The notes under the pieces: model-generated
Database searches by the model: none
Told to the model about the DNA's origin: nothing
Seen by the model: the letters and a program-made list of their open reading frames with translations, nothing else
Assembly (NCBI GenBank): GCA_965216565.1
Contig: OZ244170.1
Coordinates: 2,720,001-2,784,000, forward strand
Source: Bythopirellula sp.
Lineage (GTDB): Bacteria > Planctomycetota > Planctomycetia > Pirellulales > Lacipirellulaceae
Direction of reading: 5' to 3'
DNA: 64,000 bases
Position numbers and translations under genes: made by a program
Shown here: piece by piece, positions 13,721 through 27,324 of the stretch
Numbering within the stretch: position 1 is the stretch's first letter
Layout of the letters: the number at the start of each line of letters is the position of its first letter

Positions 13721-13733
13721 ATTGTCAAAGATC
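13721..13733 (-). promoter_or_regulatory. boxA-like antitermination element
   Basis: Minus strand GATCTTTGACAAT in the rRNA leader, downstream of the promoter. Confidence 0.6.
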
Positions 13734-13816
13734 GGGCGATTCGTCCGCTGGGCAGATGCCCAAGTCAGAATCACGACCGCCAGGGGCCGCCCCCACCAGT
13801 TGGTGGGAAGCTCTAA

Positions 13817-13844
13817 ATCATACCGACATTCCGAAACCTGTCAA
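13817..13844 (-). promoter_or_regulatory. Sigma70 promoter of the 23S-5S unit
   Basis: Minus strand TTGACA-16 nt-TATGAT; 16-bp spacers are typical of rRNA promoters. Confidence 0.8.
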
Positions 13845-14114
13845 AGGGGGCTGGAACCTTTTCGGTAAGATTTTCGGCACGCGATGAGATCCGCCCGCGC
13901 AGGCCTTCTCTTGCTATCGCCTAGGCTGCAATCATCGGCGGACGGGTGCCGTGCACATCAGATTATTTCTAAGAGGGACAGGTTCTGACGGCAGACAATT
14001 AGCCGACCTCCACGAGGTCCGCTGGACTCCGGAGGCAGGTGTGGCTCCGGCTAGGGTGTGAACCTCTAATTCCATCAATAGCCCTCTAATTCCATCAACA
14101 GCATAGAGCGGACG

Positions 14115-14513
14115 CTACGATTCCCGCTGGAAATAGCGGCGGGCGTGGACGCAGAACCAGCCGTTCGCCGCGGCGGTGAGGGCGATGAGGAGGAAATCGG
14201 TCCATAATATCCAGGGCTGCCGCAGGGGAACAATGATTCCCCAAAGCTGATGAACGCCGTTCATGAACTGCCCGCCAAGGCCTGTCCACATGCTGGCGGC
14301 AACGATTAGTGCTCCCAAGCAAAATGCTCGCTGGTCGCCCTGGGCAAACATTAAGCCCGCCGCCAAAAAGGCGAGCAAAGCGTAAGAAAGAAGTCCAACC
14401 AGCGCCAAACTCACAGCGGAGGGAACTAGCGAAACCGCCACGCACCAAACTGCGAACACAGTGGTCGCAATCAGCAGAGTACGCATGCTGAATCGGAACG
14501 GAACTAGCGGCAT
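14115..14513 (-). CDS. Hypothetical membrane protein
   Basis: 132 aa with 4 hydrophobic segments; RFSMRTLLIATT N-terminus common in planctomycetes. Confidence 0.7.
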   Translation of the reverse strand: MPLVPFRFSMRTLLIATTVFAVWCVAVSLVPSAVSLALVGLLSYALLAFLAAGLMFAQGDQRAFCLGALIVAASMWTGLGGQFMNGVHQLWGIIVPLRQPWILWTDFLLIALTAAANGWFCVHARRYFQRES

Positions 14514-14610
14514 GCGGCTACCTAGACTTGAGCGAATTGCGATTGAAACTTATCTGCGGGTTCTAGCATAGCAGCCTCGCAGCTTCGACCCAATCGCTCC
14601 CTCGACAAGC

Positions 14611-16095
14611 CTAAACGCCGGCCAGTGCCTCGTCGGCTGCACATTGGGCTTTGGCCCGCTTCATCATGTCGTCGGCCTCGTCGGTGGGTTTCACTTCGCA
14701 AGTGCCGATGCTCACTTCGATTTGCAATTGCTTGCCACCCATGGGGATCACGCACTTGGAAATCGCGGTTTGAATCCGTGTGGCCACCATTTGAGCTTCG
14801 CGGTCGGTACTGCCGGGAAGCATGACGCCGAATTCGCCTGGCTCGAGCTTGGCCAGCAGATCCATGTCTCTGAGCGAAGTGCGAATGAACTGGGCTACCG
14901 AGTCCAGCAGCAGCTTGCCAACGGCACTGCCATACTCCTTTTCTAGGCCAGCATAGTTCCCCATACGAATGTACATCGACGAGAGCGAGACGCCAAAACG
15001 GTGGCTCTCGGCCACTCGGCGTTGCAACTCTTCAGTGAACGCTTCTTCGTCTGGCAAGGCACCGGCTGATTCGTCTTGAGCGGCCTCTTCTTCTGAGGGC
15101 TGTTTATTTTCGACAGGCTCGTCCGCAGGACTTGCATCAGAATCCATGGGCAGGAGGCTCTCACCGTCACTCCAGTGGCCACAGTTACGGCCTTCTTCTT
15201 TCGACTTATAAACCCCGTCGTCTGCGCGACGGATCAATTTAGCCGAGTCTTCGCCGGGAAACGCTTCCGCCAAACCCACGCTGATCGTGACCTGTAGGGT
15301 CTTGTCTTCGAATTCCACACTCATTGCCTCAATGGCCTTACGGACACGCTCAGACGCGATGCGGCCATTGTCTACGTTTGTGCTGGGCATAATCAGTGCG
15401 AACTCTTCGCCACCGTATCGGCAGGGAATATCGCTCACCTTCACGACTTGTGACAGCGTTTTCGCGACAGACCGCAGCACTTCGTCACCAGCCTGATGGC
15501 CGTGGGTATCGTTAAATTGCTTGAAATGATCGACATCGAAGATCAACAAGCTAAACGGACGTCCATCGCGTTTGACCAGCTCCAAATTCTGCAGCATGGT
15601 GTCGTCGAAAGCTCGACGATTGGCCAAGCCTGTCAGGGCATCGGTGCGGGCCTCGCTCTGCTGGGTTCTGATCTCCTCCGCTTGTACCTGGATCTTCTTC
15701 TCCGCGTCGGCAAGGCGGGTTTGCAGCTTTTCGTTGGCAGCCAGAATCTTGGCAACCGCTTCCGACACAGCCGCATTGGCTTCGGGCGATTGCAGGTCGA
15801 CGTCACCCAATTCGGCGGTGACATCGGTCATGACATTGCTGTGTGCCCCAACGTCGGTTGCGACATTGGCAGCCAAGTCTCGCAACTGCTGAGCCGCCAT
15901 GCTGGCTCGCTCCGCATCGTTGGCTGCTTCGCCAGTCGGGGTGTCCACAGGAATGTCCGCGCCTTCGCTGCTAGTGTTGGAGTCCGTCATCCGGACGTAC
16001 CAAACCGCTGAGAAGAAGCCCACAAACAGCGCGATCAGCGCCATTCCTGCATCGATCAACACGTTGTCCAGCGCTACGCCGAATAGAAGCGGCAT
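14611..16095 (-). CDS. Membrane-anchored diguanylate cyclase with a second, degenerate GGDEF domain
   Basis: DALTGLANRR, DVDHFKQFNDTHGH, RYGGEEF; second domain has EPGEF; start taken at ATG 16095. Confidence 0.9.
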   Translation of the reverse strand: MPLLFGVALDNVLIDAGMALIALFVGFFSAVWYVRMTDSNTSSEGADIPVDTPTGEAANDAERASMAAQQLRDLAANVATDVGAHSNVMTDVTAELGDVDLQSPEANAAVSEAVAKILAANEKLQTRLADAEKKIQVQAEEIRTQQSEARTDALTGLANRRAFDDTMLQNLELVKRDGRPFSLLIFDVDHFKQFNDTHGHQAGDEVLRSVAKTLSQVVKVSDIPCRYGGEEFALIMPSTNVDNGRIASERVRKAIEAMSVEFEDKTLQVTISVGLAEAFPGEDSAKLIRRADDGVYKSKEEGRNCGHWSDGESLLPMDSDASPADEPVENKQPSEEEAAQDESAGALPDEEAFTEELQRRVAESHRFGVSLSSMYIRMGNYAGLEKEYGSAVGKLLLDSVAQFIRTSLRDMDLLAKLEPGEFGVMLPGSTDREAQMVATRIQTAISKCVIPMGGKQLQIEVSIGTCEVKPTDEADDMMKRAKAQCAADEALAGV

Positions 16096-16489
16096 TTGTC
16101 TTATCCCTTGAAAAAAGTTTTGCCAGCGCGAAAGTCTAGACCTTCGGTGGCTGAATGAATCCAGTGTTTTGTTGTGTTTCCTCTGCCAAACAATAGGTTT
16201 CCCCAAATCCAAGTCAAAAGAATTGGAGGGCCAATTGAATAATTCGTTGAGTAATAATCCGCATACTCGTTTAGAGGTTACCCACATGCCGACTGTGGGA
16301 AGTGGAACGAGCTGTTGTGACGGTTGGATCGAATCTGCAGACGTGCACTGAACTGGAAAATTCAAACAGCTAGTGCAGATACCCTAAGCCTGAGCCGAGT
16401 AATCGTCACAAGCGGAACGCAGAACCCGAACCTAGGGTTTTGCAAATCAGAACACCAAGCCACAGAAGAGGTCATTACCGCAGAAACCA

Positions 16490-17800
16490 CTATTCGTGGC
16501 GGAGGGCTTCGATGGGGTCGAGCTTAGCGGCGCGGAGGGCTGGGTAGACTCCAAACAGGACGCCCACGACCAAAGATATGCCGAATGCCAGCGGAATTGA
16601 CCAATTCACAAGCTGCGGCTCGATCGTGCGGATCAGTTCGGGGAGCGTGTCCATCTGCTCGGGAAACCATTCGACTAATTTCTCTCTCGCAAAGATCGAA
16701 AGCGGGCGGCAAAACAGGCCCCCCAGTACGCCGAGTGTACCCCCCGCGAGAGACAGCACAGTACTTTCCACGAGAAACTGAGTGGTAATGTCGCGCCGTT
16801 TGGCACCCAAAGCTCGGCGAATGCCGATCTCGTGTGTCCGCTCCGTCACGGTGGCCAGCATGATATTCATGATCCCAATGCCGCCCACCACCAGCGAAAT
16901 CGCAGCAATCATCCCAAGAAACAGGATAAACATCAGCCGCGTCGTCTCTGCTTGCTGCAACAGTTCTAAAGGGACCGTCACCGCAAAATCTTCCATCGCG
17001 TGTTCGTACTCAATCGTCTGATGCACGATGTCGGCGGTTTGTAAGACCTTGTCGCGGTTTTCGACCTCGATCGTAATCTGGCTCAGTTCAAAGAGATCAC
17101 GCTGAAATTGCCCCGGCTTGGTCACCACTTCCATATCGCCCAGGCGGCGCCAGAGGGTGGTGATGGGGATATAGACGTCTTTGGAAAAGTCCTCCGCGGC
17201 CAGCGAACCGCCGATACCGGCCGAGGGGGCACGAGATTTCATCACGCCTACCACCTCGTAGAAAGTATCGTCCACCATGATTTCTTGATCGACTGCATTG
17301 CCAGTTGGGAAAAGCCTATCAGCCGTTTCGGCGGCCAAGACGCAGTAATTGCCTTCGCGCTGCACATCGCCATCGGTGAGAAAGCGGCCTCGATCCAGCT
17401 TCAATCTGGTAACCGCGGCATACTCGGGCACTGTTCCTACGAGTCGCCCCTCAAAACTTCGCGTCCGGTAGCGAAACTCCTGGCCGTAGACGCGGATGGG
17501 AATTGCCTTGGAAATGGTCGGCACGGTGGCAAGCAAGCGCAGATAATCTTTCCGCGTGAGCCCGTAGCCGCCGTCGCCTGCCTCTTCGGCCGAAGGCTTG
17601 ATCGTGCGGACGATAATATTCTTATCGCCCAGACTGGAGATCTGCTCCTGAGCAGCGCGGCCAATGCCCTCGCCCATTGCCAGCAGCCAGATGACACTCG
17701 CCACGCCGATAAAGATTCCCAGCACCGTCAGGGCCGAGCGCAGCGGATGCAGGAGCAAGCTCTTGATGCTCAGACGGATGGTGCGGAGCCAGTTTGCCAC
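16490..17800 (-). CDS. ABC transporter permease (MacB/FtsX family)
   Basis: RSALTVLGIFIGV, GGIGIMNIML..VTERTHEIGIRRALGA, LDPIEALRHE. Confidence 0.95.
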   Translation of the reverse strand: MANWLRTIRLSIKSLLLHPLRSALTVLGIFIGVASVIWLLAMGEGIGRAAQEQISSLGDKNIIVRTIKPSAEEAGDGGYGLTRKDYLRLLATVPTISKAIPIRVYGQEFRYRTRSFEGRLVGTVPEYAAVTRLKLDRGRFLTDGDVQREGNYCVLAAETADRLFPTGNAVDQEIMVDDTFYEVVGVMKSRAPSAGIGGSLAAEDFSKDVYIPITTLWRRLGDMEVVTKPGQFQRDLFELSQITIEVENRDKVLQTADIVHQTIEYEHAMEDFAVTVPLELLQQAETTRLMFILFLGMIAAISLVVGGIGIMNIMLATVTERTHEIGIRRALGAKRRDITTQFLVESTVLSLAGGTLGVLGGLFCRPLSIFAREKLVEWFPEQMDTLPELIRTIEPQLVNWSIPLAFGISLVVGVLFGVYPALRAAKLDPIEALRHE

Positions 17801-18498
17801 TCGCGTATCCTCTCGTCAGAAAGCAATTGGCCATCGCGAAGCACAATGTTGCGTCGCGTATGCTCGGCCACCTCGGGTTCGTGGGTCACAATAATGATGG
17901 TTCGCCCCTCATCGTTGAGCTTGGCCAGCAATTCCAGGATCTCCTCGGTGGTGCTGGTATCGAGGTTTCCTGTCGGCTCGTCGGCAAGGATAAAGCGAGG
18001 GTCGTTCACCAAACTACGGGCAATGGCAACACGCTGTTGCTGACCGCCAGAAAGTTGGCTGGGGCGATGCTCCATCCGCGAGCCGAGTCCGACTAGCTCC
18101 GCAAGTTCTTGGCATCGCTCGCGCGACTGCTGCCCCAACCGACCGCTATAGTACAGTGGGACTTCGATATTCTCGACCACCGACAACGCTGGAAGCAGAT
18201 TATACGACTGAAAGACGAAGCCAATGCGCGTGGCGCGGGTTTCAGAGAGCTGATCGTCATTCATCGCCGCAACGTCATCGTCACCCAGCAAGAATGAGCC
18301 CGAAGTAGGGCGGTCTAGGCACCCGAGAAGATTTAGCAACGTACTCTTTCCCGAACCAGATGGCCCCATGATCGATATATAGTCACCCACCGGCACGTCA
18401 AACGTCACGCCCCGTAGGGCATGCACCGTCTCGCTGCTGAGCACATAGTCCTTGGTCAAGTCGCGGATGCTGGCAGCCAATAGCATGGTTTGGTGCAA
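17770..18498 (-). CDS. ABC transporter ATP-binding protein (LolD/MacB type)
   Basis: GPSGSGKST, LSGGQQQR, ADEPTGNLD. Confidence 0.95.
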   Translation of the reverse strand: MHQTMLLAASIRDLTKDYVLSSETVHALRGVTFDVPVGDYISIMGPSGSGKSTLLNLLGCLDRPTSGSFLLGDDDVAAMNDDQLSETRATRIGFVFQSYNLLPALSVVENIEVPLYYSGRLGQQSRERCQELAELVGLGSRMEHRPSQLSGGQQQRVAIARSLVNDPRFILADEPTGNLDTSTTEEILELLAKLNDEGRTIIIVTHEPEVAEHTRRNIVLRDGQLLSDERIREWQTGSAPSV

Positions 18499-18652
18499 GT
18501 TGTTAGGTCCTGAGTACTATGGGTACGTGCGATTTGCGGATTCAAATACAGGCCCGGAGGATCGATACAGTATCGGCCCTCCGGGACTCATGCAAACTCG
18601 ATTCTAGATCCAAGATAATTGCTTGCACCTGCGAGAATAGGTAACGACGTAC

Positions 18653-18755
18653 GGAACTGAGGAGAAATAACTTCTCCTCTGGTCCCTCGCCCCTTCGGGG
18701 AGAGGTTAGGTGAGGGGAATTCTAAGAAGGACGGAAGTTATTTCTCCTCAGTTCC
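18653..18755. repeat. MITE-like element with 22-bp perfect terminal inverted repeats
   Basis: ggaactgaggagaaataacttc (18653-18674) and gaagttatttctcctcagttcc (18734-18755) enclose ccctcgccccttcggggagagg. Confidence 0.65.
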
Positions 18756-18782
18756 TTTTTCTCCGGTCTTAGCTCGCCGGTC

Positions 18783-20330
18783 CTAGCTTTCCGCAGACTG
18801 CCCGGTGTCGTCCGCATCTTGCTGGGCTTGTTCCAAATCGGTCGAAGGCTGCGGCACAATTTGTTGCTCGTTCTCGGGGCGAAACTCTGGCAGATCAACC
18901 TGGTCGAGATAGCGCCGGGGATTGAGGGCGATTTGCTCGCCTCCCTCCAAGCCACTTTCGATGACGAAAAAGCGATCGTTGGTTGGCCCGCAAACAACTT
19001 GCTTGGCATTCCACTCGCCCCCGTCATAGGCAAGACAATAGAAATGCGGTCCATGGGCATGGACTGCCTGAACGGGAACTTGCACCGCGTCGGGAACTTC
19101 CGCACAGCGAATAATCACCGAAGCAGTGAGTCCAGCGCGAAGCACCGGGGGTGGGTCGGTGATGCTGACAAACGCCTTGTATTCTTTGACGTTGGCTTTC
19201 CGCCAACCGGAGGGCTCGGCAAACTGATTGACCATCTTCACCTTCCCCCGCAGCGTGAGATCCCCCAGTCCAACTGGCTCGATACGCGCGGCCAAACCCT
19301 TTTTGACGAATTGAATCAGCGATTCGTTGATCGTCAGTTCCACTTCCATCTGCGATGGATCGGGCAGCCGAATGATCGCCTGCCGATCGCGGATAACTGC
19401 CCCTTCTTCGACCACGAATTTATTGTCTCTCCAATTATCGTTGTCGTGAGCATACAACACGCTTCCCGCTCGGGGAGCGGTGATCATGCACAACTCAATT
19501 TGCTCTTCGAGATCTTCGAGTTTCTCAAGCTCCAACCCATAACTGTGCTTTTGGGCCTCCCACTTGGCTTTGGCGATGGCGATATCGCTTTCAAGCTGTT
19601 TTAGGGTTTTGGCCTTGGTAAAATCGTCGAGCACTTTCAACTTGGTTTGAGCGGCTTCCAATTCCTTGGCCGTCTTTTCGACAGCGAATTGGTCGGCCTC
19701 CAATTGCAACGCATTGACATAACCCTTTGCTGCCAACTTCTTGCTGTATTCCAAATACTCTTTAGCGCGGTTGAGATTTTCTTCGGCGACAAATACTTCG
19801 CTCTCGATTGTCTGCCGTTCTTGGACGTATGTCCCCTCGAGGTACTCGCGCTTTGCGATCTCAGCCGTCTCGAACAAGTTGCGAGCCTCGATGACCAAAG
19901 CCTCGACTTGCGAAACAATAATCTGCTGTGCAGTTCGCTCTTCCTTGAGGGCAGACGAATCGAGTTCTACGAGGAAGTCGCCCTTCTCGACGCGGGTCCC
20001 TTCCGGAACAATTCGCAAGATCGCCGTCCCGGCTGTGTTCTTGCTCTTGACCTTAGATCGCACTTCATTGAGCCCGCTCGACTTGATCTCGCCGCGTTCG
20101 ACCACGTCGAGCACAAAGTCATCGCGCTCAACCGTATGCAAGATGGCATCGGTGGAGCTATCGTCCTCTAACTGTGAATTCCACCACCAATAGAAACTTC
20201 CCGAGGTGGCTAGCAAGATCAAAGTCAGAACGAGAAGCGAACCTAAACTAGCCAGACCTCGATTCGGAGGACGGGGGCCTAGCTTTTGGTCTGTCGAGTC
20301 GAGCATGGTCAATTCAAACATAGTCGCCAC
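18783..20330 (-). CDS. Efflux RND-type periplasmic adaptor subunit
   Basis: N-terminal TM, biotinyl-lipoyl-like VPEGTRVEKGDFLVELD, long coiled coil, ITAPRAG. Confidence 0.9.
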   Translation of the reverse strand: MATMFELTMLDSTDQKLGPRPPNRGLASLGSLLVLTLILLATSGSFYWWWNSQLEDDSSTDAILHTVERDDFVLDVVERGEIKSSGLNEVRSKVKSKNTAGTAILRIVPEGTRVEKGDFLVELDSSALKEERTAQQIIVSQVEALVIEARNLFETAEIAKREYLEGTYVQERQTIESEVFVAEENLNRAKEYLEYSKKLAAKGYVNALQLEADQFAVEKTAKELEAAQTKLKVLDDFTKAKTLKQLESDIAIAKAKWEAQKHSYGLELEKLEDLEEQIELCMITAPRAGSVLYAHDNDNWRDNKFVVEEGAVIRDRQAIIRLPDPSQMEVELTINESLIQFVKKGLAARIEPVGLGDLTLRGKVKMVNQFAEPSGWRKANVKEYKAFVSITDPPPVLRAGLTASVIIRCAEVPDAVQVPVQAVHAHGPHFYCLAYDGGEWNAKQVVCGPTNDRFFVIESGLEGGEQIALNPRRYLDQVDLPEFRPENEQQIVPQPSTDLEQAQQDADDTGQSAES

Positions 20331-20455
20331 GCCTTACTGCCGCAGGTGGGTGAGATGCATTGCTGTATTATACGGGAGTAACGCCCGGGTGTCATTTCGG
20401 ATTGATTCGCAGAATCTTCAAACGCATGAAACAGGCGACTCGGGTCCCGAACAGG

Positions 20456-23359
20456 TCAATTTACTTCTGGCAATGGCTTCGGAAGTTGCTGGACATCGTT
20501 GTTCCCTTGGCTTGCCGAGGCGCTTGGCTCTGGAGCGAGCAATTCCTGGTAGGCCGCCAATTGAACATGATTGTCGTGTTGCGGGGATTGCGCCGCACTG
20601 TTGTCTTCTGGGTCAGCCTCTGGTTCTGCCTCTGGGGCAGGGATTGGCTCGGCGGCTCGCTCACCGTCGGGAAGCAAAATCACCTCCAGCGGTCGCGACG
20701 CCTCGAACTCTTCGGCCGCCAATCCCAAGTCGGTGGAGTTATAGGGCAGGTTTTCCAAATACATTTCGAGAGGTATCCCGTTTTCGATTCTCAGCCCGTT
20801 GGGTGCCAACTCCATAATACCCAGATCGGCTTCCAGGTTGAGCCGTTGTAGTTCGTAGTTGACCCACACGCTTAGGAAATCGTTCTGCACGTTCAATAGG
20901 TCGGAAAGCGATTGGACCAAATCGCGGGCGGTGGTGTTGTCGAACTGTTCTGTCTCTCCAGGTTGGGGCGGTTCGGAGAGACGAAGCTGAGTGAGGTCGA
21001 CCTGCGATATAGCAACCTGAACAGCAGCTCGTCGCAATTCGAAGTTGACCTCGTTGAGCCGAATTTGCCGCAAGGTGTTGCGCAGCCCCTGATAGAGTTG
21101 ATCGCGGAATTGATAGTAGTTTCGTCTTGCCTGCTGATACTCGATGAGCGATTGACGATAGACGTTTCGCTCGGCGAGGCGTGTTAGCGGGGCATCGAAC
21201 TCCACACCCGCCCGTAGTCGGCCCCGCGAACCGCGTAGATCGAACGGATTGTCGCCGACGTTCCCGATATCGCCACTGAAAACCAGATCCAAATCGCTCA
21301 TCAAATCGTTGGCATTGAAGTAAATCAACCGCCAGCTATCTACCAGGTTTGCCCTGGCATTCATCCAGTCGCGGCGATAAGAGGCGGCAATGGCCAGTGC
21401 CTGCTCGTCGGTGATTTCTACCGGCGTGAACTTCAACGTTTCCAGCCGCACACTGGCCTGCACCAAAGACAGTTCAAGCAGTTGGCCAGAGAGGTCGCTC
21501 AATGCATCGATCAAGGTATTGAGTTCCGAGAGCCGAGTCGGCATCGGCTGAGACAGTTCGGTTACTTCACGAACCGTTTCGTCTAACCGTTGTTCAATCT
21601 TCTCGTATTCGCTCAAGCGGTTGGCCACGCGTGCGTCAAGCTGCTTGGTATCGAACAAACTGACATCGACATCGGCATATTGAATTTCTTCTCGATCGAT
21701 CAATTGCTTGAGATACTCGCGACGCCCAGGCAATGCTTTATCGAGCTCTTCAAAATCTTGCTGGACACTATCTAGTCGGTCTTGGGTGAGCTCGATTACC
21801 TCGCCCAGATCGGCGCTGCCCGAGTTGAGTATCTCCTGAATATCGGCGTCAAACACACTTTGATCAATCAAGGGAGCGTTGGGCAATAGGATTTGGATGT
21901 CCTGCTCATCGGGTGTTTCCTCGACCAATTCCGCCCGTAGACTCCGCAAAGCATCGAGTCCCCCCGCCACGCGACGACGCAAATCCTCCAGAACCGGATC
22001 AAGTAGATCTAATCGTTCAAAAGTATCGTCCTCGATCTTCACATTTAGTTCCGGTGGCAGGCCGAGCGATGTTTTGAAGTTGTCCAGTGTGGACTGGTAG
22101 AAAGTCTCGGAGGTGAGCAATTGGCTTTGGGCGTTGTAGAGTGCCTGGCGGGCAAGTTCGACTTGAAAGCGATCGATTCTGCCCGCTTCATAGGAAGCCT
22201 GCAATTGCTCAACGCTGTCGCGAAGAGCGATGACATTGTTGCGTTGGTTGCCGATCACCTGTGCAGTTTGTAAGAGTCCCAAGTAGCCTCCAGCCCCTTG
22301 GGCACCCGCTCCACCGGTGAAGCCGCCACCACCTCCGCCACCGCCCTGCCCTCCAAAGAAGCCATTGCCCTGGAAGTTGTTATTGAGCTGGCCAAATCCG
22401 CCGCCGCCGACGCCGCTAAATCCTTCCAAACCACTGCCGCCAAAGACGCCGCCTCGGCGCGACGGGCCCCGTCCAGGATCGCGACCATTGAGCACGCTCA
22501 CATAAAACGTGCGTCGAAATCGTTCCATCTGACGGACGTTTGCCAGTAGCGAGCGCTCGGTGATAGTGAGCCGTTCCAAAACACGCGCCCGCCCGGCGGT
22601 GCGGAGCAGAGGTTGGACAATGGAAAAGTCGAGCACCGTATTGCTTGTATAATCGTCCGGCCCTGCGAATTGCCAGACGAGCGAATTCGCCAGCCCAACG
22701 ACTAGCTCGCCACCGGTAGCCGTCAGCCGAGTTGCCCGTAAGCGATTGCCTGTGAGAGCTGGTGACGCCACCCGCGAAGGCTCGACCGCCAGCTGGGTAC
22801 TCGACTCACCGGTACCCGTCCGCTCGTTGCCATCAGCTGTGATAAATACACTCGACCCGCCGAAAAACTGGGTATCGAATCGGAACCGCTCGAACGTCAC
22901 ATCTAAAGCCGAGAGGTAAAGCGATTCGAGCTGACTCTGATAGAACGGGGAATGCAGCAGTGCTAATTCAATGGCGCCCTGCTCGTCGAGCACGACTTCG
23001 CCCTCGTCGTTATATGGCAAGTGTTCTAGCCAACCAGGATTTTCCACAAACGGTGTTCGCGGCAGACATTTCCAACACTCCGAACCCTTCTTGCAATCGA
23101 CGCAATGCATGAGCCTGTGCGAAGCGGGGTCGTCCGGCGGCATGGGCTCGCAGTCGGGATCGTGGGGATCGAACATCCGCGAACGTGGATCGACGTTGAT
23201 TCCGTAGTTCCCAGGTTCGGCATCTACACAAGCTGCCTTCTGATTTATAGCGGTGTAAGCTTCGACGTCTGCTTGCTGACGGTAGAATCCTCGATTGCAA
23301 CCGGTGCTGGCTATCAAAATGGCCATGCCCCACAGCAGTGAAATTCTCTGTGCGTTCAT
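20456..23359 (-). CDS. TolC-family outer-membrane efflux lipoprotein (large planctomycete type)
   Basis: Lipobox STGC; helical OEP-like repeats; in operon with adaptor and ABC genes; ATG overlaps the MarR stop. Confidence 0.8.
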   Translation of the reverse strand: MNAQRISLLWGMAILIASTGCNRGFYRQQADVEAYTAINQKAACVDAEPGNYGINVDPRSRMFDPHDPDCEPMPPDDPASHRLMHCVDCKKGSECWKCLPRTPFVENPGWLEHLPYNDEGEVVLDEQGAIELALLHSPFYQSQLESLYLSALDVTFERFRFDTQFFGGSSVFITADGNERTGTGESSTQLAVEPSRVASPALTGNRLRATRLTATGGELVVGLANSLVWQFAGPDDYTSNTVLDFSIVQPLLRTAGRARVLERLTITERSLLANVRQMERFRRTFYVSVLNGRDPGRGPSRRGGVFGGSGLEGFSGVGGGGFGQLNNNFQGNGFFGGQGGGGGGGGFTGGAGAQGAGGYLGLLQTAQVIGNQRNNVIALRDSVEQLQASYEAGRIDRFQVELARQALYNAQSQLLTSETFYQSTLDNFKTSLGLPPELNVKIEDDTFERLDLLDPVLEDLRRRVAGGLDALRSLRAELVEETPDEQDIQILLPNAPLIDQSVFDADIQEILNSGSADLGEVIELTQDRLDSVQQDFEELDKALPGRREYLKQLIDREEIQYADVDVSLFDTKQLDARVANRLSEYEKIEQRLDETVREVTELSQPMPTRLSELNTLIDALSDLSGQLLELSLVQASVRLETLKFTPVEITDEQALAIAASYRRDWMNARANLVDSWRLIYFNANDLMSDLDLVFSGDIGNVGDNPFDLRGSRGRLRAGVEFDAPLTRLAERNVYRQSLIEYQQARRNYYQFRDQLYQGLRNTLRQIRLNEVNFELRRAAVQVAISQVDLTQLRLSEPPQPGETEQFDNTTARDLVQSLSDLLNVQNDFLSVWVNYELQRLNLEADLGIMELAPNGLRIENGIPLEMYLENLPYNSTDLGLAAEEFEASRPLEVILLPDGERAAEPIPAPEAEPEADPEDNSAAQSPQHDNHVQLAAYQELLAPEPSASASQGNNDVQQLPKPLPEVN

Positions 23360-23820
23360 GCCGCTTTCCTCCGACTTAAAGAAACTATCGGAATGGCACG
23401 AAGCTGCACGCTCTCGGCGGATTTGATAATCCTGCTGAGTAGCTCGCCGCCTGATGAAGTAATCGACCAGAGAGTGCGCCGTCGGTCGCCCGGGGCAGGC
23501 TGGCTGCAAAGAAGTCCACGAATCCTCAGTTGTTCCACCAGCGCACTAATCTGTGCGGGAGAACAGGCCATCAATTCGGCAAGCCGCGATTGATCGAATT
23601 GGCTGCCCTCGTCACGCAGCAGCCAAAGAACGCGGAACTCGGGTTCTTTCAAATCGAACTCAGAAATCCAGGCAGACAATTGCCGAGACGCATTGCGACC
23701 TAAGGCAATGCAAAGGCATAGCTGATCGAATTGCTCGATTGGAGAACTGGCATCCATGCCGGAATCTCTCTGCCTAAATAAATACTGTTCAGCGAATTGA
23801 CAGACGCCAGCGGCAATCAA
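23356..23820 (-). CDS. MarR family transcriptional regulator
   Basis: wHTH with QSRLAE..SPAQISALVEQL and DRRR..ITSSG; start may be ATG 23757. Confidence 0.85.
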   Translation of the reverse strand: MIAAGVCQFAEQYLFRQRDSGMDASSPIEQFDQLCLCIALGRNASRQLSAWISEFDLKEPEFRVLWLLRDEGSQFDQSRLAELMACSPAQISALVEQLRIRGLLCSQPAPGDRRRTLWSITSSGGELLSRIIKSAESVQLRAIPIVSLSRRKAA

Positions 23821-24008
23821 ACCGAGCGCCTGTGAATTGTTTCGGTCGTGAACAGTTCAGACTTGAATCATCGGACGATGACCGCAGTGCTAGCATTGCC
23901 AATTTCTGCTGAAATTCGCCCGAAACATCTAGCTTAGAAGCCCGATCCTTGGCTTCCAAGACAGTCGCTTAGTTGCGGTGACACGCCCAGCGACTTCCGG
24001 TTCGAGAG

Positions 24009-27188
<3,180 letters not shown>

Positions 27189-27324
27189 TCAGACTCTCCG
27201 TGAATGCAATTTGAAGTAATCCTGATAGGAGATCACTAGCATACCAATAGACACTCAGAATTTCTACGAATTGCTAACGCTCAGCAATCTTAGATGACAA
27301 TGATGTTGTCAAGCAGAGAGAGCC

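Noticed and set aside
16096..16489. c-di-GMP riboswitch, or an N-terminal extension of the cyclase to 16365
   Set aside because: No recognisable riboswitch consensus, and the extension looks like AT-rich promoter DNA.
17108..18043. Long antisense ORFs (also 18819-19604, 26439-27203, 40367-41209)
   Set aside because: They are shadows of well-supported genes on the opposite strand, with no motifs of their own.
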